A program made the translations under genes and the position numbers. The notes under the pieces were generated by a model. It had not been told where the DNA came from. It saw only the letters and a program-made list of their open reading frames with translations, and did not search any database. A stretch of 64,000 nt of DNA from Tricharina praecox (Eukaryota): contig NW_026250403.1 in the NCBI RefSeq assembly GCF_024521635.1, positions 2,542,001 through 2,606,000 on the forward strand, read 5' to 3'. Positions 54,655 through 64,000 of the stretch are shown piece after piece. The stretch's first letter is position 1. Each line of letters opens with the position of its first letter.

Positions 54655-54816
54655 GGAAGGCAATGTGTAGATGCGCGGGGGTTAAAGAGAAGCATACCAC
54701 TTGGATCGTCGATACAGCATGGCACTCATTTTCATTTCATCTCTAGCCACACTTTAGACATTGTTAGCAACTGAACCACCAATGTTCGCCAGAATAAGTG
54801 ATGCAAATAACGGGTA

Positions 54817-54889
54817 TCAGTTCGTCCAGTTCTCGTCTTCGCGGTTAAGCTTGGACATATGCTTGTCATTGGTTAAGGAAGATCATCAT
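54817..54889 (-). ncRNA. snR74: Box C/D snoRNA, snR74-type (18S Am28)
   Basis: ATGATGA...CTGA; guide GACAAGCATATG versus 18S CAUAUGCUUGUC; the +5 rule from CCAA gives A28. Confidence 0.88.
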
Positions 54890-55047
54890 AAAAAGTCGAG
54901 CAGACAAAAGAATTCCACGCGCTTACCATGAGCAGCGAGTAGTGAGCGAGACGAGGTTGTTGCAAATGTTCTGGTATCTCTATTACTCCCGTTAGTAATA
55001 GACCTTCATCCTTTTTGTTTTCAAGGCAAATAATGAAACATTCAATG

Positions 55048-55130
55048 TCAGATAGGCATGAATGGTTGTAAAAAAAAGGTTATCGGCATCGGAAACCCGG
55101 ATACGACTCGTCATCTAAGGGAATCATCAT
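55048..55130 (-). ncRNA. snR75: Box C/D snoRNA, snR75-type (25S Gm2288)
   Basis: ATGATGA...CTGA; guide TTAGATGACGAG versus LSU CUCGUCAUCUAA; second element CCATTCATGC versus nearby GCAUGAAUGG; flanking stem AACATTC/GAATGTT. Confidence 0.88.
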
Positions 55131-55298
55131 AGAATGTTGGGGTCGCTAAAACAAAAAAGGTATGGGTGAGTTATACCAATTGAGCAGCTGAAGCGGGTTT
55201 CGTTCATGTCGAGTGTGATGTATGGGAGTCTGAGTCAAAATGGTCAGTTTTGTTTCGAGAAGCAGATGCAACAGTAACGTGGAGGGTACGAGTCCAGA

Positions 55299-55385
55299 TC
55301 AGTGGACAAGGTTTCTGAGGCCTCGCCGCGAAATGGTTATCATCGCTGTGGATCAGAGACCAGTGCTCTGTTTGTGTATCATCAC
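55299..55385 (-). ncRNA. snR76: Box C/D snoRNA, snR76-type (25S Cm2197)
   Basis: GTGATGA...CTGA; guide CAGAGCACTGG versus LSU CCAGUGCUCUG; internal CTGA/CGATGA D'/C'; flanking stem GAGTCC/GGACTC. Confidence 0.85.
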
Positions 55386-55581
55386 AGGACTCTATCGCGC
55401 AATTCGAAGACAAAAAACGTCGACATACCATAAACATCGATAACCGAAGCTCGAGGGAGGAATCGAAGGGTGTTATGGTGCGGATTTTGCGAGAGCAGCA
55501 TCTGAATGTCTTTGAAATGTTAGCATCAACTTCAGAAACCCAAGTGTGCATAAAAAACGAAGAGTCCAATCGGAAAAAAGA

Positions 55582-55666
55582 TCAGAATTCAGCCATTTGC
55601 TTCGTCAGTGAGCCGAAGCCCTTGGACGGTAATTTCCAGCGTATTTCTACGTCAATTGCTCATCAC
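55582..55666 (-). ncRNA. snR77: Box C/D snoRNA, snR77-type (18S Um578)
   Basis: GTGATGA...CTGA; guide GCTGGAAATTACCG versus 18S CGGUAAUUCCAGC (one bulged A); 12-bp flanking stem CCAATCGGAAAA/TTTTCCGATTGG. Confidence 0.85.
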
Positions 55667-55842
55667 AATATTTTCCGATTGGGGAGGGGTATCGAGGTGC
55701 AGTGCAATAGGAAGTGAAGAGTCTTACGTTGTAGCAAATTCATTCAGGCGTCGCGAAGGGTCGAAGCATCTGCAGGTGCTGAAAAGACCATTAGCATGAT
55801 CTCAAGAAGAAACATGGGACAGTAAAAGTAATAAAGTCAAGT

Positions 55843-55924
55843 TCAGCCTGACGTGCAAAATAGTTTCATGCCTCTTCGTAAAGAAGTCAAAGACTCTAGT
55901 TATGCGGTTTGTACAAATCATCAT
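55843..55924 (-). ncRNA. snR78: Box C/D snoRNA with two guides: snR78-type (25S Um2421) and snR72-type (25S Am876)
   Basis: C box ATGATGA; AACTAGAGTC-T-TTGA(D') complementary to LSU GACUCUAGUU; TTTGCACGTCAG-G-CTGA(D) complementary to LSU CUGACGUGCAAA. The +5 rule gives U and A respectively. Confidence 0.85.
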
Positions 55925-56128
55925 ATAAGGAGGGGAAGGTTGCGATGGTGTTGGGGTAGACAAACCGATTGAGCACTGAAGACTGGCAGCCATGGTATGG
56001 TGATGTGGGTCGGGGTGGAGAGGAGATGTTGCGGTGTCGTGATGTTGAGTGAAAGTGGTTATGATGTGGTTGGTGGGATGAGGGAGGAGGTGGAGTTTGG
56101 GAGAAAAATCTCACTTTAAACAGAGGCG

Positions 56129-56218
56129 GCGAAAATTGGTGTGTGGAATTTTTGCCGGTCGCACCAACTAATCAGCAGCGGTGAAAAAATACAGCGGTCT
56201 TGGCGGCAGAGTGATGAG
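56129..56218. promoter_or_regulatory. RRPE-like and PAC-like ribosome-biogenesis motifs upstream of the snoRNA host
   Basis: GCGAAAATT (56129-56137), TGAAAAAAT (56182-56190) and GATGAG (56213-56218). Confidence 0.4.
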
Positions 56219-56643
56219 ATATGACGACCTGACGGATTAAACGCCGAAATCGCCAGTTGGAAAAGAGTATTGCCTCCATTTTAAAGTTTTTTGTTATAGG
56301 AGAGCTCTTCTATAATCGACAAGTAGGAATTCGTAAAGCTATTTTTTACTTTCATGCCGTACCATCGCTATCGGCCTCCGAATTCTGGAGTTTTGGTGGG
56401 CTTTCGGTTCTCTAGAGGATGGATGTTGCTCGGCTTTTTAGAAGAGCCGCAGCTGTAGGATGGTACAAACTGCAGATCATAGTGGCAGTGATCATTATTA
56501 TCACGAGTATCTACATATTTCAACCTATCTTGAAAATGACGGGTCCAATCGTGCGGTATCAAGTTGACTGGTCTCCTATCATACATGCCAAACTCGAGCA
56601 CTAAGGAAGTTATTCCCCATATATAGCCAGGTCTCGAACTGAT

Positions 56644-57493
56644 CTAAGCACTGCCATAACGTTTGGCAGCCGTCTTCCAGTTGATGACATCCCACACGGC
56701 ACCGAAGTACTCCGCCTTGCGGTTCTCGTACTGGAGGTAGTAGGCGTGCTCCCAAGCATCAATACCTATGATTGGCTGGTACTTGCCGACAACAGGGTCC
56801 TGGTTCTATATGCAACACAACCACATCAGCACCGTTGAATCCAAGAGCTATGTAGGACTAGGGGTTACGGACCGGCAAAGAGATAATCTGGAGCTTGTTG
56901 GTTTCCTTGTCCTTCACGAGCCAAGTCCAACCGCTACCCTGAATTCCAGCAAGGTAGGTGTTGAAGGTCTTCTTGAAGTTGTCAAAGTTACCCCAGTTCT
57001 CGTTGATGGCGGTTGCAAGCTCGCCAGTTGGCGGGTCTCCTCCGCCGTTCTTCTTGGGTGCAAGGTTCTCCCAGAAGAGAGTGTGGTTGATATGTCCTCT
57101 TTTCGACGAGGAGTCAGCGACCACACTGATTCAAGGCTTGAAACGAGTTTCCTACCCTCCGTGGAACTTCAGCAGAGCCTGAAGGTTGATCTGGGCCTGC
57201 ACGTTGTTGTCCTTAGCTGCAACGGAGTACTTCTCCTCGGCCTCATTAAGCATGTTGACATAGGTTTGGTGGTGCTTGGTATGATGAAGCTACTCTAATC
57301 AGCACCATCGACACCGAAGATTGTTCCGATGAAGACGAACCTCCATGATCTTTCCTGAGATGGAAGGCTCAAGCTCGGCGTAATCATAGGGCAGGTCGGG
57401 AAGGGTGTGCTTCTGGCGCGCGGCGGCGTTGATGAAGCCGCGGGCGGAGACAGCCCGGATGGTTGGGCGGACAACTCTGGAGGCGAGGGACAT
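56644..57493 (-). CDS. SOD2: Mitochondrial Mn superoxide dismutase, 4 exons
   Basis: Presequence followed by [44 protein letters not shown] and [13 protein letters not shown]. Confidence 0.96.
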
Positions 57494-58393
57494 GATTTAA
57501 GGGTGTTGATGAAGCAAACGTTTGAAGATGATTGTATGGGGTCGACGTCATTCACAGCTTTTGTGCACCCCCGCTTAGTAAATGCACGCGTTGCCCAGGG
57601 TCCCGCTTCGATGATTACATACGGCGCCCTTTTTAGTACTTTCTGTCGCTGGGAAGCTGATCAGCAATTCAGCATGCATACCTACTCAGTTCAGGACGGA
57701 AGGCCTACTCATATCCCTTGGTCCGGCAATCTTCTGTGCAGACCCCACGACAGTCAACGGCTTTCTCTATGAGCCGAACAAATCTTTATTGAACCTGCTC
57801 CCGTTAGGTAGGCCCACATTCGCTGGTGCACTGCCCTACAGATAATCAACACCAACGTTTATTGCCATTGAGTTGGCTCGAGGACTGCCGGGAGGAAAGG
57901 ACAAGAAGGCGGGATGATTGTGTACATGGAAGGGGGCGGAACAGTGTGTGCTATGTCTCTTGCCTTTTCCGTTTACAGATGGAATGACTCTATCGATGTT
58001 TCTGTACAAGTGGCCTGTCTTTTCACCTGTCACTCGGGGTCCTTCGCGCACGTATAAATCTCCGCGATAACTTCACAGAAGGGGTAGGGTGGGGAGTCGC
58101 CATAGTCTAGACAGGCCCCGCATGCGACAATAGAATGATGTTCTCTCTCTCTCTTCACAAAAAAGCTGGAGCTTTGGGGGGAAAGCCATGGTTAAGGCTA
58201 CCACTTCGTTACATGTAGCAGGTAGATTGAATAAGCTGAATGCTGTCGTTCACAGCATCGATCGTAATGGAGTTGCGCTTCTTTCGCTCCATAGCTTTGC
58301 ACCTATCTGATGCTTGGTTGAGTTAGCTTCTCGGTACTGATTCTCCGGCTGTCATGCGTAAACGTGCGTCCTGAGCACGCCGCACTAAAACCC

Positions 58394-58445
58394 AGCCCTA
58401 ACTAACCGACGCACACAATATCTTTGCAGTCACAACATTCACGTG
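58394..58445 (+). promoter_or_regulatory. Ribosomal-protein promoter motifs: Tbf1-like AGCCCTAA, Homol-D CAGTCACA, Cbf1 TCACGTG
   Basis: Motifs at 58394-58401, 58427-58434 and 58439-58445, about 140-190 bp upstream of the RPL5 ATG. Confidence 0.6.
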
Positions 58446-58583
58446 CCTCGACCCTCGCACACACAGATGCCGCACTAGCAGCAATATTCGCGGGAGACGA
58501 TTTGGACGACGACGAACGACGACGAAAATCACGCCCAACTAACCCACCCCGACACATCAACCAGGAACCCCAGCACCCTCAAG

Positions 58584-59815
58584 ATGGTATGTTTTGCAAT
58601 CACGGAATTGATTTGTTTGAAGTAGGACTGACACTTCGTTACAGCCTTTCACCAAGCTCGTCAAGTCCAGCGCCTACTTCTCGCGTTACCAGACCAAGTA
58701 CCGCAGAAGAAGAGAGGGAAAGACCGACTACTATGCTCGCAAGAGGTTGATCACCCAGGCGAAGAACAAGTACAACGCCCCCAAGTACCGTCTCGTCGTC
58801 CGCTTCACCAACCGCGATGTATGTTATCACCTTCCACCAGTCCCTGGGTCCGGTCTGTTGCGATGCGCATTGCCCTGAACCTCAAGCATTCGCATTCGCT
58901 TCAGAGTGGCGGAAACGTCCAGAGCAAAAATGTGAATGGAGGGGGGCTAATGTTGCGGCCTATCTTCTGCTACACAGGTTATCTGCCAGATCGTCTCTTC
59001 CGAGATTGTCGGTGACAAGGTCTTCGCTGTTGCCTACTCCCACGAGCTTCCCCGGTACGGCATCAAGCACGGTCTCACCAACTGGGCCGCGGCCTACGCT
59101 ACCGGTCTCCTTCTGGCCCGTCGCACCCTCGCCAAGCTGAAGCTCGACGAGTCCTTCGTCGGTGTCGAGACTGTTGATGGAGAATACAAGCTCACCGAGG
59201 CCGCTGAGGTCGAGGGTGAGACTTGCCGTCCCTTCAAGGCCAACCTAGATGTCGGTCTTCACCGTACCTCCACTGGTGCCCGTGTCTTCGGTGCCATGAA
59301 GGGTGCGTCGGACGGAGGTCTTCTTATCCCCCACTCCGAGAGCCGTTTCCCCGGTTACGACATGGAGACCAAGGAGCTTGACGCCGAGACCCTGCGCAAG
59401 TAAGTATATTCGATATGTTCCGTACTGTCGTCCTTATTGCTGACTGGTTGCCTCAGGTACATCTTCGGTGGACACGTTGCTGAGTACATGGAGACCCTTG
59501 CCGACGACGATGAGGAGCGCTACAAGTCGCAGTTCCAGAAGTACATCGACGACGGTATTGAGGGTGAGTTCGATCATACGAATCCTGCTGTGCGATGTTC
59601 AAAAATTGACTCTTTGTTTCCCAGCCGACGGTCTTGAGGAGGTCTATGAGGAGGCCCACGCCAAGATTCGCGAGAACCCTAACCTCGCCGCTGAGGGTGA
59701 GAAGAAGGATGCCGCCTACTGGAAGTCGGAGAGCCAGAAGTACCGGTCGAAGAAGCTCACGCGCGAGCAGAGACGCGAGCGCGTCCAGAAGAAGATCCAG
59801 GAACTCACCGCTTAG
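58584..59815 (+). CDS. RPL5: 60S ribosomal protein L5 (uL18), 5 exons; first coding exon is the ATG only
   Basis: [64 protein letters not shown] and [12 protein letters not shown]. Confidence 0.97.
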
Positions 59816-60923
59816 GTGTCTCCTTCCATCTTTTGTTCGCACGCTGTATCTTGCAATGCCAAATAAAAAGCATGGGTTTCTGGGTTCAAATTTCGGTGTT
59901 CTGGGGTTTGGAGGGGATATCTTTGGGTTGATCGCAAATGGTAATACAGTCTTATTGTGACTGCACCTGAAAGGAAATGCCTCATCCATTCATCCCATCA
60001 TAAAAGTGTGGAAACATCCTCGGTGCGAATTGTTGCAGAGAGAGTGAAGTTCTTTTTTGCGTGCCACTCAAACCTGCGGACAATCCTTGCCATGCCTGCC
60101 CATGCCTGGCGCTCCGCTGCCATTGCTCCGACGATAAGATACCCGACACGATAAAGTAGACGCCAACCCCTCCGCAGCTCGCCCCATCCCGCACCGCATC
60201 CCACTTGTTTCATCAATTCATCCTTAAAATGCCTCTTGTGTCCGAATTGTGTTCGTTTCGGCACAGTTCTGCAGGGAGCTGGCTGCGACGGGCGAAATCG
60301 GAGTCACAGCTCGGGTTGCTCGGTAAAACGCTTTGCCATCAAGGGCCATGTCAGGCACGACCGGCAGACGCCGTCCGTGAAACTTGCAAGCATGCTCGCC
60401 CCACGATGCCCCGCCTCGGTCTGGCGTCCCCCCCTCCCCACCAAAGCTTCCCCTCCACAATACGTCACGCTTATTGCCGGACGCTACCCAGCTCCAGAAT
60501 GACCGAACCCGACGAGCAACCGGGCGTTCCGCAAAGGCAATAATGCGCGAAGCAAACGCAGCCTATCCTGAGCTTGCTATTCCTTAGCTCCGGAAGAAGC
60601 TGTGCGGATCATGCATGTATCTGAGCACAGCACTCTATGCTCCAGGCCAATTGAACCGGCCGCCGTCGTTCCTAGTATACCCCCCGGAATCGCAATCCTT
60701 CCTTGAGTGGATGTGATAGACATCGTGACCTGTTACCTGCATCTGCTCGTGCCCATCCATCTCATCTCTTCTTATTTCAACCTCTCTCTCCCACTTCCTC
60801 TTCTGCTCCTTCTTCCCCCTCCTTCCATCCAGATCCTTTCCAGATACCAGACCTCATCCCGTATATACCCCGATATATACATACCACCAGCCATTCCCAG
60901 TCCACCGAAGCACAACAGTAATC

Positions 60924-62229
60924 ATGAACAACGGCACAAGTGAACACTCGGCGGAGGTCAAGACCGACATCATCACCCTGACCCGGTTCTTGACGGAGCA
61001 GGAGCATCAGCTTGCTACCCATGCCACTGGAGACTTCACGTATGCCTTTCTCTCCGTCGGAGAAACTCTCGTGAGAGTTGCAACATGGGAGCTTCTTTTC
61101 TAATAATGATGTTTCAACAGATTGCTCTGCCATGCCCTCCAGTTCTCCTTCAAGAGTATTGCGTACTACATCCGTCGTGCAACTCTGACCAACGTTAGCT
61201 CCCTCTCCTGTTGTACCTTGAATTCCGGTATAGTCCGGCTAACATGCTTCCCTATCATAGCTCATCGGCCTCGCGGGCTCCTCCAACATTACCGGCGACG
61301 ACCAGAAGAAGCTAGACGTAATCGGCAACGACATCTTCGTGAACGTGATGCGCGGGTGCGGCAAAGTGAAGATCCTGGTTTCCGAGGAGGAGGAGGAAGC
61401 GATCATCTTCCCCGGCAACGGGAAATACGCGGTAGTCTGCGACCCTATTGACGGATCGTCCAACCTTGACGCTGGTGTGTCTGTCGGAACTATCTTTGGC
61501 GTGTTCCGTCTCGCCGATGATAGCGAGGGAAAACCGGAGGAGGTCTGCCAGCCCGGCACAGAGCTCGTGGCGAGCGGCTTCACCATGTATGGTGCCTCGG
61601 CGCAGTTGGTGCTTACCATGAAGGGCGGCAATGTCAATGGCTTCACCCTTGACAATGCTCTGGGAGAGTTCATCCTCACGCATCCTAACGTTCGTCCCCT
61701 TCCATCCCCCCCCCCCCCTCTTCGTGACGTCACCTAACGGGAAAATAGATGCGGATACCCAGGTCCCGCTCCATCTATTCCGTCAACGAGGGAAACAGCG
61801 TGTACTGGGACGATGCCTGCCGCGCATACTTCGACAGCATCAAGTTCCCAAGCACTCCCGAGGGAAAGCCCTACTCTTCTCGTTACATCGGATCCATGGT
61901 GGCCGATGCCTACCGTACCCTCTGCTACGGTGGAATCTTTGCCTACCCCGCCGATAAGAAGTCCAAGAAGGGAAAGCTGAGGATTCTCTACGAGTGTGCC
62001 CCGATGGCTATGGTTATGGAGAATGGTTAGTCACCCTACTGGCATACTGTGATGTGTTGAAACTGATTGTGCGGTAGCTGGTGGTCTGGCCGTCACGAGC
62101 GATCAGAAGCGCATGCTTGAGGTTGTGCCCGAGCACATCCACGACCGGTCGGGAATTTTCATGGGATCGTACGATGAGGTTAAGAAGGTCACTGAGATTT
62201 ACGCTAAGTATGGTACCGTCACCAAATAA
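60924..62229 (+). CDS. FBP1: Fructose-1,6-bisphosphatase class 1, 5 exons
   Basis: [57 protein letters not shown] and [12 protein letters not shown]. Confidence 0.97.
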
Positions 62230-62635
62230 GTTTCGGCTTGAGGAGGGGATATGGAGGGAAGAATGATCGGTCTTGAGTTTTCGGTTGTTGGTGTTCAGGG
62301 TGTATTTTATTGATTGATGTTTATGGCAAACAATTTGATGGCCTGGTTATTTATCATGTCTCGCTGCTCCCGCCTATTGTGCCCGAGTAGTTTCAGGGGG
62401 GGTGGTTATCAATTTTATTTTGCATACAGCCTGTCTATGCCCGAACAGTGGGTAGAGCAGATTAATGCGAGATGTGCATAAGCCCGAGTGACATCACGTG
62501 GAAGCCGCATCGAAGTCATTGATTATGATACCATCGTATGATGCAACAATTCCCTCGATACGCCATACGCTACCATTCAACGCTCATAGGGATATCAAAA
62601 CCCATCCAACGCTCCCGGGGATGTCAAAACCGCGT

Positions 62636-63367
62636 CTACACCTTTCTCGCCGCATTTTCCACCGTCTCCCTCTGCACCTCTTCATACCCCGGCGGGGCAT
62701 CCGCGGGCACAGGGCCATGACCCAGCGCATCCACACTTGGCGGCGGGGGGCCAGAGTCTTCATACGTCGGCAGATCCTCGAGATGGACACCAGCGCCGCC
62801 GCCATTCTCGATCACCTGCTGGACGCGCTCCCGTACGCGCTCGAACGTGGTGCTGAAATCGAAAGCGCCGCCGTCCTTAAACACCAGCTTCATCTCTATC
62901 GCGGACGTTGTCGCCGGGAGCCCGCCCGAGGCCACCGGGTTCACCGCGCACGACCACGTGTTCGGCCCGAAAAACGGCGCGGACACCCGGCTGTCGAGGA
63001 GGTGCGTCAGTGGTGCGCTGAAGGACTCGAGGACGGGTGTCGGCGTGCTCGGGATGTAGATAACCTGTGCGGACGGTTAGTTGGGGGAATCCCGGGGCGG
63101 CGGCAGGGGGACTAACTCGTTGGTTCGTGATTATTACTACCCCCGACGATGAGGTGATGTTGAGCGGGTTTTGGCCGGTCGAGGTCAGCGCGAAGGTGGT
63201 GCGCGCTGGTGAGGTGTAGAGTGTGCGCTCGTTCGGCAGGGCGACGAAGGTGTGTGGGCTTGTTCCGAGCATTACCCAGCTGTTGGGTTGTTAGCTAGCT
63301 GCTCTGATCTGCTCTGAGCTATGGCGCGATGGAGGGGATGGCGGAGGCTAAGTTACTTTAGAGACAT
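62636..63367 (-). CDS. WBP2-like protein (GRAM/PH-like domain plus PY motifs), 3 exons
   Basis: Spliced MSLNWVML start, ITNQR, APFFGPNTW, FKDGGAFDF, and LPTY and PPGY motifs. Confidence 0.8.
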
Positions 63368-63728
63368 TTTTGCGGTGGTGAAGATGGTGGTGAGAATTCT
63401 AGGATGTTTTGGGTCAGTCCACACAGTTATGGTGGTGGTGATGGTGGTGGTGATGGTAGTGGTGTTGGTGGCAGCTGAGCATTTGAAAGAGAGCTGCGTT
63501 GGAGGTTGGATGAGCTTGAAAGTCGGATTGCGGCAATTGGTGGGGCGGGAACAACTCATGCGAACAACCGCCACTACCTGGTTAGTGGTATTGTGGCTAA
63601 TTATCTGTGGCTAACATACGTCATTTGGTCACGGAATATCACTGAACGAATCTGCACAATATCACGACAAACAGGCACTCATTTCTCCCAAAACCTATCT
63701 AGCCTGGGGATTCGAACCCCTCCAACCT

Positions 63729-64000
63729 CTACTGGCGAGGATGGTACATCGGTGGAAAGTAGTGGTTGCGCTGGCCGCTGCTTCCACTACGACTACGAAA
63801 CGCAGCCGCGTGCTCGTACGGACCCTGACCCGGGCCACGACCGGGAGGACCGGCACGAACATGGGCCTCCTCGTAGTCAGAGAAGGAGAAGCCTCTAGAG
63901 GTGAAGCCGGCCGGCCCATCAATATAGTTGGGCAACCAGCGTGGCGGAGGGGCAGGAATTCCCGAACCGGGAACGGTTTCCGGCATGATGGGCTCGGTCG
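63729..64000 (-). CDS. Possible 3' end of an unidentified Pro/Gly-rich protein running off the window edge
   Basis: Open frame from the window edge to a stop at 63729; no recognisable domain. Confidence 0.4.
   Translation of the reverse strand, partial: TEPIMPETVPGSGIPAPPPRWLPNYIDGPAGFTSRGFSFSDYEEAHVRAGPPGRGPGQGPYEHAAAFRSRSGSSGQRNHYFPPMYHPRQ

Larger units (their letters stand above)
54330..56110 (-). ncRNA. Non-coding spliced snoRNA host gene, six snoRNA-bearing introns (ends approximate)
   Basis: Introns ~55779-55965, 55510-55727, 55230-55428, 54980-55176, 54752-54926 and 54493-54697, each with a GT donor, CTAAY/CTGAC branch point and AG acceptor. Exons are short, with only a 20-codon ORF. 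Confidence 0.85.

Noticed and set aside
53833-55993. Short ORFs as a many-exon protein gene or decayed transposon
   Set aside because: Better explained by the snoRNA host: the spliced frame stops after 20 codons and no transposase or RT motifs are seen.
63700-63730. tRNA suggested by GGGGTTCGAATCCCC (T-arm/B-box-like) on the minus strand
   Set aside because: No acceptor, D or anticodon stems could be built around it.

Overview
Intron-rich filamentous ascomycete genomic DNA (short GT..AG introns with CTRAC/CTAAY branch points; possibly Pezizomycetes, by inference only). The first ~8 kb has no credible gene and is rich in simple repeats. It is followed by a decayed gag-like (CCHC) element and a run of conserved genes: glycerol kinase, a DUF3429/TMEM69-like protein, NCS6, ERG27, a Uds1-type coiled-coil protein, VPS13, MER3, an MDP-1 phosphatase, a nucleotide-sugar transporter, a VCX1-type Ca2+/H+ exchanger, an EngB GTPase, a DnaJ protein, MnSOD, RPL5, FBP1 and a WBP2-like protein. 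The main element invisible in the ORF track is a minus-strand non-coding host gene (~54.3-56.1 kb) whose six introns each carry a box C/D snoRNA, matching yeast snR78, 77, 76, 75, 74 and 73. The first snoRNA also carries the snR72 guide. Other leads: a strongly base-paired RPL5 intron, a composite Tbf1/Homol-D/Cbf1 RPL5 promoter, a possible non-AUG mitochondrial leader on glycerol kinase, and Crz1-like sites upstream of VCX1. rRNA targets and protein families were assigned from recalled sequences and motifs; no database searches were run.
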